Source: Dehalococcoidia bacterium
GTDB lineage: Bacteria > Chloroflexota > Dehalococcoidia > Lucifugimonadales > UBA3495
Direction of reading: 5' to 3'
Assembly (NCBI GenBank): GCA_965215675.1
Contig: OZ244112.1
Span: forward strand, 1,626,336 to 1,690,335
Length of the DNA: 64,000 bases
In this document: piece after piece, positions 56,257 through 64,000 of the stretch
Numbering within the stretch: position 1 is the first letter of the stretch
How the letters are laid out: each line of letters begins with the position of its first letter
Notes under the pieces: generated by a model
The model's input: only the letters and a program-made list of their open reading frames with translations
Database searches by the model: none
What the model was told of the DNA's origin: nothing
Made by a program: the position numbers and the translations under genes

Positions 56257-56318
56257 CTTCCTTACTACCCTGTCACTACTCTCTCCGCATTCCCTTGGCG
56301 GTGGGTCGGTAACTGGGG

Positions 56319-56822
56319 CTACCCAGCGGCTTCGCCTTCTTCCTGGCGCCGACGGTTTTCCCGAGACTGTATTGCGTAAATCACCTCGTCCGAGGCCATT
56401 CGACCCACCGGGCCAGAGGCATACATCGAGCCGAGGACCACTCCGCCGCGACCCAGCAGGAATTCTGCTGGCTGGACAAACCCGCCCCGGTCGTCCGACC
56501 ACCAGGCGCCGATGATGTCGGCGTCGGCCTGGGTCGCCCCGTAGGCCACTGGGAAGGAAAGGCCCTTGCCCTGCACCTCCCGGGCATGCTCCTCATTGTC
56601 AGTGCTGACGGCGTAGACGGTCACGTCCAGCGCGTCCAGTTCCGCCTTGGCTGCCTCGTATGCGGCCAACTGCCGCTGGCAGTACGGTCACCAGTGGCCC
56701 CGGTAAAACAACAGTGCGGTGTAGCGGCTGGGCGCATCCCCCGGCAGCGAGATAGTCCCGCCTTCCAGCAGCTTCAAATCCAATTGAGGGAACCTTCCCC
56801 CCTGCTGCAACATTTCACCCAT
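56319..56822 (-). CDS. Redoxin/AhpC-TSA (Prx-like) thiol-disulfide oxidoreductase with in-frame UGA at the catalytic position (candidate selenoprotein, U-x-x-C)
   Basis: ATG 56822 lies behind SD GAGAGGG. The frame reads MGEMLQQGGRFPQLDLKLLEGGTISLPGDAPSRYTALLFYRGHW-TGA(56688-56690)-PYCQRQLAAYEAAKAELDALDVTVYAVSTDN.. in one frame to TAG 56319 (167 codons plus stop). The ORF track lists only the part after the TGA. Confidence 0.65.
56647..56687 (-). promoter_or_regulatory. Candidate SECIS-like hairpins immediately 3' of the UGA
   Basis: The mRNA reads UGA CCGU-ACUGCC-AGC-GGCAGU-UGG (6-bp stem extendable by CC/GG). It is followed by UUGGC-C-GC-AUACGAG-GC-A-GCCAA. Confidence 0.35.
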
Positions 56823-56850
56823 ATCAACCCTCTCGTCATTTAGTGTTGAA

Positions 56851-56859
56851 AGTATACCA
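56851..56859 (-). promoter_or_regulatory. Extended -10 element TGGTATACT upstream of the Prx-like gene
   Basis: Reverse complement of agtatacca, about 29 nt upstream of ATG 56822. Confidence 0.35.
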
Positions 56860-57235
56860 GCGCATCACGTAACGTCCGGCAGACAATCCGGTTCGCAGCT
56901 ATGGAAAGAAGGCTGTTGAGCCACCTGTCCCGCGAACAGGAGTGGTCTCAGAGTGTATTTGCGCACGTGGGTTAGATTCAAGCACCCCGGCAATTACGGC
57001 GGCGCACTGTTATGGGGGAGGTCCGGGCCCCGACTGTGCCGGAGTCTACAGCTTTCACCGGAGCGGCGGGTTGGCAGAGCCGCAACCCAGATCCATCCCG
57101 AAAAGGACACCCCCGTAAAATGTATGACATTCCGTGCCATTGTGAGACATTTTGCAAAAAATGAGGTCTCCATTGGACACTTTGCTGTCGCCGCAAGGCG
57201 CCTCAAGAGAGATGCTGGAGGGCCGTCTGTGAATA

Positions 57236-57275
57236 GGAAAATATTCAATTTCCCGCTCATATCCGCTCATTTCCC
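57236..57275. repeat. Intergenic repeat element, copy B (two GCTCAT half-sites 10 nt apart)
   Basis: ggaaaatattcaatttccCGCTCATATCCGCTCATTTCCc. It shares identical blocks with 18992-19023. Confidence 0.6.
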
Positions 57276-57398
57276 ACCAGAATTACAGAAATTGCAGATT
57301 CCGAGGGAAGTAGGAACGCCGAGGCACAAAAAGAGCATGGAGAGAACATACATTCGATTCTATCCGGCTGCCACCCCATTGGCAAGAATTGATTGTCA

Positions 57399-57409
57399 GG
57401 AAATGAGCG
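57399..57409. repeat. Inverted partner (GGAAATGAGCG) of the copy-B half-site
   Basis: Perfect 11-nt reverse complement of 57264-57274, located 124 nt away. Confidence 0.5.
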
Positions 57410-57578
57410 TTTCGTCGGGGCTGGTCGAACCATCCAGACGGCTCGCAGATGCTTCCTCTGGCTGTGGTTGGCACACTTCCGCAGAATTTCGCTCTCGGGC
57501 AGGTCGAAGGCGGCCTTGTCGAGCAAAAAAGAGTTACAAGCAGGTACTCCACCGAATTGAAGCGTTACCAGCCGCTGG

Positions 57579-58088
57579 CTAGACAGCCTGGTATACGCTG
57601 TTCCTGGCTTTGGCCGTCTTTCGCAGTCTCTTCTGGGATTCCAGAGAACGGACTGCCTGTTGCACCCGGGGATTTCCGTACCGCCGGAACTGCCCAACTA
57701 TCCTGGCCAGCGTTTTCGGCTGCTCGCAGTAGTCCCATACCAGTTCGCAAAGGGCGGCGTCCCCACCTGGCAGGGGAAACTTGGGAGTGACCATGGTGAA
57801 CCCGGGATTGACGCTGATCTTCTCCCCAGGCGTGAATTCCAGCCTGCCGTCGTGCTTCTCAAGGAACTTCCGGAACCTGGTGCGGAGAATTCCGGGCCCC
57901 CCGGTCGAGCCGTAGCCGTGGACTACCCTGAGAAGGCGGCAGGTGTGGCCGCCGGGCTGCACAGCCTTGTTGTAGGCGTCAACGAACTCTTGCAGGGCCT
58001 CGGGCCACGTCTTGCCGTGCAGGTCCAGTTCCTGGGTATCCAATGCTCCCCTCGTTCCGGTCAAGTACGAATTCCAGCACAGGCGCAT
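57579..58088 (-). CDS. Smr-domain protein with C-terminal winged-helix-like region
   Basis: ELDLHGKTWPEALQEFV..LLRVVHGYGSTGGPGILR is the Smr signature. Start uncertain (ATG 58088 or 58160). The longer listed ORF overlaps the divergent MBL gene. Confidence 0.6.
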   Translation of the reverse strand: MRLCWNSYLTGTRGALDTQELDLHGKTWPEALQEFVDAYNKAVQPGGHTCRLLRVVHGYGSTGGPGILRTRFRKFLEKHDGRLEFTPGEKISVNPGFTMVTPKFPLPGGDAALCELVWDYCEQPKTLARIVGQFRRYGNPRVQQAVRSLESQKRLRKTAKARNSVYQAV

Positions 58089-58178
58089 CCGCTGGAGCCG
58101 GTCAACGGGTGTAGAATGCGGTCGTTCCGGAATCCTGACCCGGCAATTTCCCGCCGGCATTTCCCGATGGAGGGCGCT

Positions 58179-59054
58179 ATGAAACAGCTGACCAGTAACG
58201 TCTGGGTGGAGACCGAAGTGCGTGGCTGCAACTACGGCTTCGTAACCACCTCGGACGGCATCGTTATGATCGACAGTCCGCACAAGCCCAGCACCGCAAT
58301 GTGGCTGAAGGCGGAGATCGAGAAACGCGGCCTACTGCGTTACATAATCAACACCGAGCCCCACGGCGACCATTGGACTGGCAACGCTTTCTTCGATGCT
58401 CCCGTCATCGCCCACGAGGGCGTCCGCACCCGGATCCTGAACACCGACATGGCCGAGCACGTCTCCCGCATCGGCACATTCGGCCCGGAGGAACCGGCGC
58501 TGCTGGAGGGATACACGGCCAACCCGCCGATTATCACATTCCAGGACGGCATGACTCTCCGCGTCGGCGACCACACCTTCGAGATGATCCACATGCCAGG
58601 CCACACCCTGTACCAGGCAGCGGTGGTGATCAAGGAAGAGGGCGTGGTGTTCACCAGCGACAACATATTCCACGGGGTGCAGACCTGGCTCCACGAGTCC
58701 AACCCCGACCTGTGGCTGGTGGCCCTGGAGTCTCTCCGCAAGCTGGACGAGGACATCTTCGTGCCGGGCCACGGCGCGCTCTGTGGCAAGGACTACCTGG
58801 ACGAGCAGGGCGAGTTCATCATCGAGTGGAAGGAATACGTCAAGGACGCCGTCGACCGGGGACTGACCCGCGAAGAGGCTGTGTCCACCCTGACCGCCAT
58901 GACCGAACGCTATCCCATGGACGTGGAGCAGGAAGGAATGGCCCCGATGGTGATGCGCATCAGCGCCGCCAACCTCTACGACTACCTCACCGGCAACTGG
59001 CCAACGCCCGGCATGGGCAGCGTCGCCACGCGCCTTCCGGCTGACCAGCGTTAG
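58179..59054 (+). CDS. MBL-fold metallo-hydrolase
   Basis: Start MKQLTSNVW at 58179 behind SD GGAGGG. NTEPHGDHWTGN, HMPGHT, VPGHG metal-ligand motifs. Confidence 0.8.
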   Translation: MKQLTSNVWVETEVRGCNYGFVTTSDGIVMIDSPHKPSTAMWLKAEIEKRGLLRYIINTEPHGDHWTGNAFFDAPVIAHEGVRTRILNTDMAEHVSRIGTFGPEEPALLEGYTANPPIITFQDGMTLRVGDHTFEMIHMPGHTLYQAAVVIKEEGVVFTSDNIFHGVQTWLHESNPDLWLVALESLRKLDEDIFVPGHGALCGKDYLDEQGEFIIEWKEYVKDAVDRGLTREEAVSTLTAMTERYPMDVEQEGMAPMVMRISAANLYDYLTGNWPTPGMGSVATRLPADQR

Positions 59055-59136
59055 GGAAACATCGGACCCAGGGAAAGGCCGCATCGGTAGGCTGCCAAGT
59101 CGCGACCTCCTAAAACTTTTCGCCCCTTAAATAAGA

Positions 59137-59170
59137 AAACCGCCGATTGTTGATACAACGTCGGCGGTTT
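59137..59170. terminator. Bidirectional intrinsic terminator
   Basis: AAACCGCCGA-ttgttgatacaacg-TCGGCGGTTT, with an A-tract on one side and a T-tract on the other. Confidence 0.7.
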
Positions 59171-59194
59171 GCCTTGTGGTGCAGGAGAGAGGGT

Positions 59195-59335
59195 TCAGTC
59201 GCGCAGGAAGAGCCACTGAATGATGGCCCCAAACACGCAACCCGGCATAACCAGGAAGGCTATAAAACTAGTTGTCTGGGAAAAGCCGTTCCCTTCCCCT
59301 TGGATCCAATCTTTCCGCCTGAGCCAATCCATCAT
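59195..59335 (-). CDS. Possible 46-aa hydrophobic small protein (below ORF-track size cut-off)
   Basis: Own translation: MMDWLRRKDWIQGEGNGFSQTTSFIAFLVMPGCVFGAIIQWLFLRD. SD-like AAGGA upstream. It ends 25 nt before the terminator hairpin. Confidence 0.3.
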   Translation of the reverse strand: MMDWLRRKDWIQGEGNGFSQTTSFIAFLVMPGCVFGAIIQWLFLRD

Positions 59336-59471
59336 GAGGGAGTCCTTATCGTGAAGACTCGCCTTGCGGGAGGCAATCGACCCTGCCAGTTTGACCCCAC
59401 GGCAACCGTTGTTAGAATATCAACGGCCTTACCGGGCTGTGGGTGTCCCCGCTACGGCGGTGCGCCTAAAC

Positions 59472-59508
59472 GTATTGACCCCTCCAGAAAACCTGAAGGG
59501 GTCAATAC
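59472..59508. repeat. Perfect 12-bp inverted repeat with 13-nt spacer
   Basis: GTATTGACCCCT-ccagaaaacctga-AGGGGTCAATAC. Confidence 0.8.
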
Positions 59509-59874
59509 ACATTAGCGGGCAAGCAGGTGCGGGAGATTGCGTCTTGTAGCAGGTAGAGAAATAAGGCGCGCAGTTACCATGCGAATTTCTCCTCGCAAAG
59601 GGAAAGGGCTGGGGATTTGCCACTGATACCACAACCCTAAAACCTTGGAGAAGAGAGCTCGGCGCTCAGGTCGCTTTCGCGCTTCAGGTTCGCAGTTTCG
59701 CTATGTGGATAGGCCCCAAGCATACCACGTTCTGTCAATCAACGGTTGTGCACTCAACTGACCGGCGCGGGGCCTCGACTTGTGCCCACAACATGGGAAT
59801 CAGGGGAGACGCGGGGCATAATTGAGCGACCCGTCCGTTCCGGTCGGATACGGGTGTCGAAATGACGCAACTGC

Positions 59875-59922
59875 GAAAGAAAAGAACCGGGGGAGATTCA
59901 CAAAAGGAACCCCGCCCGGTTC
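59875..59922 (-). terminator. Intrinsic terminator after the LLM gene
   Basis: Minus strand GAACCGGGCGGGG..CCCCCGGUUC followed by UUUUCUUUC. Confidence 0.65.
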
Positions 59923-59981
59923 TGAATTGAACCCTGAGGAAGCGTGTACTGGGTACTAATCAGATAATCGGCTGACCGCCC

Positions 59982-61160
59982 CTACTCTTCTCGCTGTGCC
60001 TCGTACTCTCGCAGGGCGGGGATGACCTCCTGCGTCATCAGGTCGATGCTGCGAACCGCAACGTCGTGGGACATCGGGCCCTCGCGGCCCCAGAAGATTA
60101 CATAGCCGGGGTCAATAATATCGATCAGGTGCTTCATCTTTTTGATGACCGTGTCCGGGTTGCCCGTCACTATCTGATAGGTCTCCTGGGCGTCGTCGTA
60201 GGGCAGCACCGGGCCGCCGGGTACGGCGGTCTGCACCGCTCGGCGGGCCTGCTCCCGGGGGCCGGTGGAGGCCGCACGGGTCAGGTAGCCCGGCGGTGCC
60301 AGCCAGTGGTTGGGAGTGACGCCGAAGGACGTGCCCAACTGCCAGTAGAAGTTCTTGCCTTCCTCGTAGGCCTTTTCGTCGGTGTCGGCCACGTTCACCC
60401 GCACCGCGTAGCCGCGATGCTGCGGCGTGGGCGACCACCCGTCGGCCTCAGCGGTGTTCTGGTAAAGCTGGTAGATGTCTGACAGCAACTGCAGAGGCGG
60501 AGCGAGGGCCACATAGGGATACTGGTGCTTGGCCGCCCAGATCACCGACTCCGGAGAGGCCACTCCCGGGATCCAGATGGGCGGGTGAGGCTTCTGCAGC
60601 GGCATCACCCAGGGGTTGACCACCCGGTAGTGGTAGTGCTTGCCCTCGTGGCGGAAGGGACCGGGCTTGGTCCACGCATCCACGATTACGTTGTGGGCTT
60701 CGTCGAAGCGCTCGCGATTGTAGAGCGGGTTGGTGTTGGTGGCCATGCTTTCCTGGCCGATGCCTCGCACGAAACCGCACACTACGCGCCCGCCCGACAG
60801 GATGTCGATCATCGCGATTTCCTCGGCGATGCGCAGGGGGTTTTCGTGGATGGGCAGCACGTTGCCCAGGAACACGATTTTGCCCTGCTTGGTGCGGGAG
60901 GCCAGCACGGAACCAATGACGTTGACCGACGGCATCATGCACAGCGGGTTGTTGTGATGCTCGTTGATCATCACGCCGTCGAACCCAGCCTCGGTGCAGT
61001 ACTGCAGCTCGTCGAAGTACATGCTGTACAGTTCCTGCGCCGTTTCGGGGCTGAAGTGCTCATTCGGATACATCAGGTTGTTGTAGCCGAGACGCTTTGC
61101 CTCGTCCTGCGGGTAGGCGGTGTACCCCATCTCGGTAAAGAAGAAAAACTCTCGATTCAT
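59982..61160 (-). CDS. LLM-class flavin-dependent (luciferase-like) oxidoreductase
   Basis: 392 aa with TIM-barrel LLM-like sequence (..GFDGVMINEHH..FLGNVLPIHENPLRIAEE..). Confidence 0.75.
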   Translation of the reverse strand: MNREFFFFTEMGYTAYPQDEAKRLGYNNLMYPNEHFSPETAQELYSMYFDELQYCTEAGFDGVMINEHHNNPLCMMPSVNVIGSVLASRTKQGKIVFLGNVLPIHENPLRIAEEIAMIDILSGGRVVCGFVRGIGQESMATNTNPLYNRERFDEAHNVIVDAWTKPGPFRHEGKHYHYRVVNPWVMPLQKPHPPIWIPGVASPESVIWAAKHQYPYVALAPPLQLLSDIYQLYQNTAEADGWSPTPQHRGYAVRVNVADTDEKAYEEGKNFYWQLGTSFGVTPNHWLAPPGYLTRAASTGPREQARRAVQTAVPGGPVLPYDDAQETYQIVTGNPDTVIKKMKHLIDIIDPGYVIFWGREGPMSHDVAVRSIDLMTQEVIPALREYEAQREE

Positions 61161-61226
61161 AAGGCGCCCCCGTGCGGACCATAGATGGCCGGATAGCTGA
61201 AATGAGGGGTCGAGGCCAGTATGTAA

Positions 61227-61925
61227 TCAGACCGGCGGGGTGTCAATCGTGGACTCGTCCTCCGCTTCCTCGGCGGAGAACTGTGCAGTCGCGGCGTCGA
61301 CGGCCGCCTGCTGCTGGCGCGCCGCCCAGTTCTGCAGCCAGCGACGGAACTCGTCCAGGGCCGGTGGCGAGACGTAAAAGACCTCGATGTCCGGTGGGAA
61401 CTGCACCTGGTGTCGTTCGCTGATCAGCAGCAGCCCAACACTGTCTTCCTCCAGGGTCGAGTCGACGCGGTCGGCGATGTGCTCGTATCGCCTGCGGTTG
61501 GCCTCGGCGTGCCACTCCTGCAGCCGGGACGCCACGGTGGAGCTTGCCATCGGCATCATCAGGCAGCGCTGCAAGTCCAGCGTCTCCAGCAGGATCTCGA
61601 TGTCCTCCGTGGCCTCCAGCATGGCTCCGGACTCGCACTTGAGCGAGACGAGGGCGTGGCTCCGCAGGTCACCCGACCGCAGCTGCTCAAGACCCTCGGA
61701 TTCCCCTGCCGTAACGCTTTCGTGGTAGACGCGTTGCAGGCCGCCAAGGGCGTTCTCGAGGGCCGACGCCTGCGTCTGTGCCTGGTCCCAGTAATTCTGC
61801 AGCGCGGCCGCTCCGTCAGGTTCATCCGGGGCCGGACTGTACACCAGCGGCAATAGGATCAGCTTTCGACGTCCTCGGTACTGCTCCACCGATGGTCGAC
61901 TGATGCGGCCCAGTTCCTGCGTCAT
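61227..61925 (-). CDS. Hypothetical protein
   Basis: 232-aa ORF with protein-like composition and an acidic C-terminus. Family not recognised. Confidence 0.5.
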   Translation of the reverse strand: MTQELGRISRPSVEQYRGRRKLILLPLVYSPAPDEPDGAAALQNYWDQAQTQASALENALGGLQRVYHESVTAGESEGLEQLRSGDLRSHALVSLKCESGAMLEATEDIEILLETLDLQRCLMMPMASSTVASRLQEWHAEANRRRYEHIADRVDSTLEEDSVGLLLISERHQVQFPPDIEVFYVSPPALDEFRRWLQNWAARQQQAAVDAATAQFSAEEAEDESTIDTPPV

Positions 61926-62520
61926 GGGAGTCCCCCCGATTCTGTGTGGATGGAGAAATATAGTGCAAGAATTCGGGCAGGGAACGCAAGAGCCGCCGGG
62001 TAACCCTAACGGCTATCGCATTCGTATATTTTGATGCCGCTTGCCAACCCCCTACCATCGAAAACGGCGGACCAATCGGACCGCTACTCCAACACCGCGA
62101 CCGACGCGCCGAGTGTATACATGCCCAACTACCACGACCTTAGCCCGTGCGTGTTTCACCTGCGGCAGGACCTTCTCCCCACTCCGACGGGAGCATTGGC
62201 CGACCACCCCAAGATCTCCAAAACTGCACACAATTGCACAGACTAGCCCCCCTCAATGGCATTGACCCGATATACGGCCCTCCCCAGCACAGCACCCCGG
62301 CCCGCCGTCCCTCCGGGGACCCGGAAATCCGGGGCCGGCCCCCATCGGTGTCCAAGCGATGTTGCCCGTGGGCGAACAGATGGCTCGACCACCTGAAATG
62401 GAGCGGCATCGGGTATGCCTGCCTATGCTTGCCGCCTCTTGGTGCGGTTGCTACACTTCCCGTAGTTTTGAATTGGCTTCTGAATAATAGAAGTGAGCGT
62501 CAAACATTGAAGGAGATCGC

Positions 62521-63138
62521 ATGATTTACGAAGTTCGTACGTACGACCTGAAGCCGGGAGCGGTGCCGCAGGCCGAGGAAGCCTTTGCCGAGGCCTTGCC
62601 ATATCGGGAAAAGTACTCGCCAATCGCCGCTTTCTGGCACACCGAAATCGGTCCGCTAAACCAGATTATCCACGTCTGGGGCTACGAAAGCCTGGAGGAG
62701 CGCGCCAAGGTTCGGGCGGCCGCCAGCAAGGAAGAGAACTGGCCTCCGAAGATCACCCCCGGCAACATACTGAACATGAACGCCGAGGTCTGGCAGCCTG
62801 CCCCCTTCATGCGCCCCATGGGCGGCGACCAGGCATTGGGAGCCATCTACGAGATGCGCACCTACACCTATCAGCCCGGATCCATGCCCGAGCTGCTGCG
62901 CCTTTGGGCTGATTCCATCCCTTACCGCGAGGAGTTCTCGCCCCTAGCTGCCGGTATGTACACCGAGTTCGGCGGATTGAACAAGTGGCTGCACATCTGG
63001 CCCTACAAGGACCTGAACCACCGCGCCGAGGTCCGCGCCGCCGCCAGCAAGATCCCGCAGTGGCCCAGCGGAGCCCCGGGCCGAGTCTCCCAGGAGAACA
63101 AGATAGTGGCCCCCGCCAGCTTCTCCCCGATGCACTAG
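62521..63138 (+). CDS. NIPSNAP-family protein (two NIPSNAP repeats)
   Basis: MIYEVRTYDLKPG..IIHVWGYESLEERAKVRAAA.. and ..IYEMRTYTYQPG..LHIWPYKDLNHRAEVRAAA... SD GAAGGAG. Confidence 0.85.
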   Translation: MIYEVRTYDLKPGAVPQAEEAFAEALPYREKYSPIAAFWHTEIGPLNQIIHVWGYESLEERAKVRAAASKEENWPPKITPGNILNMNAEVWQPAPFMRPMGGDQALGAIYEMRTYTYQPGSMPELLRLWADSIPYREEFSPLAAGMYTEFGGLNKWLHIWPYKDLNHRAEVRAAASKIPQWPSGAPGRVSQENKIVAPASFSPMH

Positions 63139-63156
63139 AAACTGGCTGAACCCACG

Positions 63157-63196
63157 GACGCAGAGACAATCGTTAATCTCTGCGTCCTTTTCTTTG
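63157..63196 (+). terminator. Intrinsic terminator after the NIPSNAP gene
   Basis: GACGCAGAGA-caatcgttaa-TCTCTGCGTC followed by CTTTTCTTT. Confidence 0.7.
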
Positions 63197-63226
63197 GGGA
63201 TGGACATTGCTGAAGGAGTATCAAAC

Positions 63227-64000
63227 ATGAAACTGCTGACTTACGACAACGGCACGGGGCCGCGCTGCGGCGTGCTGCAGGGCGACGGCGTGGTGGACGT
63301 AACCGCGCTGCTGGGGGAGCCGCGTACCATCCGGGACGTCGGCGCGCTGCTGGCCTTGGACGAATCGTCCGTTGACCGCGTGGGAGACGCATTGGCCGGT
63401 GGGGCCGCCGCCCCGGCAGTGGCCCTCGACGCCGTGCGCCTGCGTTCGCCGATCCTCCAGCCTCCCACGGTGCGCGACTTCATCGTCTACGAGGAGCACG
63501 CCAGTTCCCAGGGTACCCGCGAACCCAACGAGGTCTGGTACCGGATGCCGGTGTTCTATTTCTCAAACACTCTCTGCATCTACGGTCCGGATGACACGGT
63601 CCCGTTCCCGTCCACCTCGGATCAATACGACTACGAAATGGAGATCGGGGCCGTCATCGGCAGGAACGGTACCGATGTGGCGCAAAGCGACGCCCTCTCC
63701 CACATAGCGGGGTTCTGCATCTTCAACGACTGGAGTGCCCGAGACGTGCAGTTCGACGAGATGGCCTTCGGCCTCGGCCCGGCCAAGGGCAAGGACACCG
63801 CCAGCACCCTCGGGCCATGGGTGGTGACCACCGACGAGATGGCCCCCTACATCCGCGATGGGCGCCTGACCGTGAAGTGCCAGGTGCGGGTCAACGGGGA
63901 GTCGTGGCTCACCGACGGCGACGCCTCCATGGCCTACTACACTTGGGGCGAGATCGTTCAGCGAGCGTCCAAGGACAGCCGCATAGCCCCGGGAGACGTC
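63227..64000 (+). CDS. FAH-family hydrolase (3' end beyond the window)
   Basis: Absent from ORF track (no stop in window). ATG 63227 lies behind SD GAAGGAG. Reads MKLLTYDNGTGPRCGVLQGDGVVDV..YDYEMEIGAVIGRNG..GFCIFNDWSARD..AKGKD.. and stays open to nt 64000. Confidence 0.8.
   Translation, partial: MKLLTYDNGTGPRCGVLQGDGVVDVTALLGEPRTIRDVGALLALDESSVDRVGDALAGGAAAPAVALDAVRLRSPILQPPTVRDFIVYEEHASSQGTREPNEVWYRMPVFYFSNTLCIYGPDDTVPFPSTSDQYDYEMEIGAVIGRNGTDVAQSDALSHIAGFCIFNDWSARDVQFDEMAFGLGPAKGKDTASTLGPWVVTTDEMAPYIRDGRLTVKCQVRVNGESWLTDGDASMAYYTWGEIVQRASKDSRIAPGDV

Noticed and set aside
56770-56790. CTTCAAATCC resembling a tRNA-Sec anticodon loop (UCA) near the candidate selenoprotein
   Set aside because: The flanks cannot form an anticodon stem or any other tRNA arm, and the sequence lies inside the coding region.
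56953-57582. 209-aa plus-strand ORF in the gap upstream of the candidate selenoprotein gene
   Set aside because: It is Arg-rich and low in acidic residues, has no SD, and runs through the repeated intergenic element. The similarity to the copy-A region is at nucleotide level, not protein level.

Overview
High-GC (~60%) bacterial chromosomal segment, densely coding on both strands. The gene content is LLM/F420-type oxidoreductases, a DinB/MDMPI-like gene, two HpaB-family monooxygenase paralogues, many small RidA/ABM/cupin/VOC/FAH/CMD enzyme genes, several MFS transporters and an alternative complex III. This fits an aerobic heterotroph, possibly Chloroflexota-like (low-confidence inference). 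Layout: (i) 1-3.9 kb holds a lipoprotein metallopeptidase-like gene running off the left edge, plus a GH15 hydrolase. (ii) 3.9-12 kb is a decaying accessory patch. It contains a multiply frameshifted gene, one IS630-family element inserted into the terminal repeat of another, a shattered MBL-fold gene, an AT-rich stretch, an SRPBCC gene and ~2.5 kb with no credible ORF. (iii) 12-16.7 kb is a MacAB-like exporter with an unusually long, repeat-containing adaptor, followed by tRNA-Lys. (iv) 17-22.3 kb is an oxygenase/RidA/ABM cluster. (v) Next come rel, LLM, CMD, MFS, a nonsense-interrupted GT2, nadE, MFS and sugar-related genes (SIS, ROK, SDR, FAH). (vi) 38.2-52 kb is one long minus-strand respiratory block: ACIII (actA, split actB, two NrfD-like subunits, actD, actE), then ccmH, ccmF, two uncharacterised membrane proteins and a TlpA-like thioredoxin. 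(vii) This is followed by the second HpaB paralogue, an MFS and a DinB-like gene. The most notable item is here: a redoxin/Prx-like gene whose catalytic Cys codon is an in-frame TGA, a candidate selenoprotein split by ORF calling. (viii) The window ends with Smr, MBL, LLM, NIPSNAP and an FAH gene running off the right edge. No rRNA, CRISPR array or recognisable defence system was seen.
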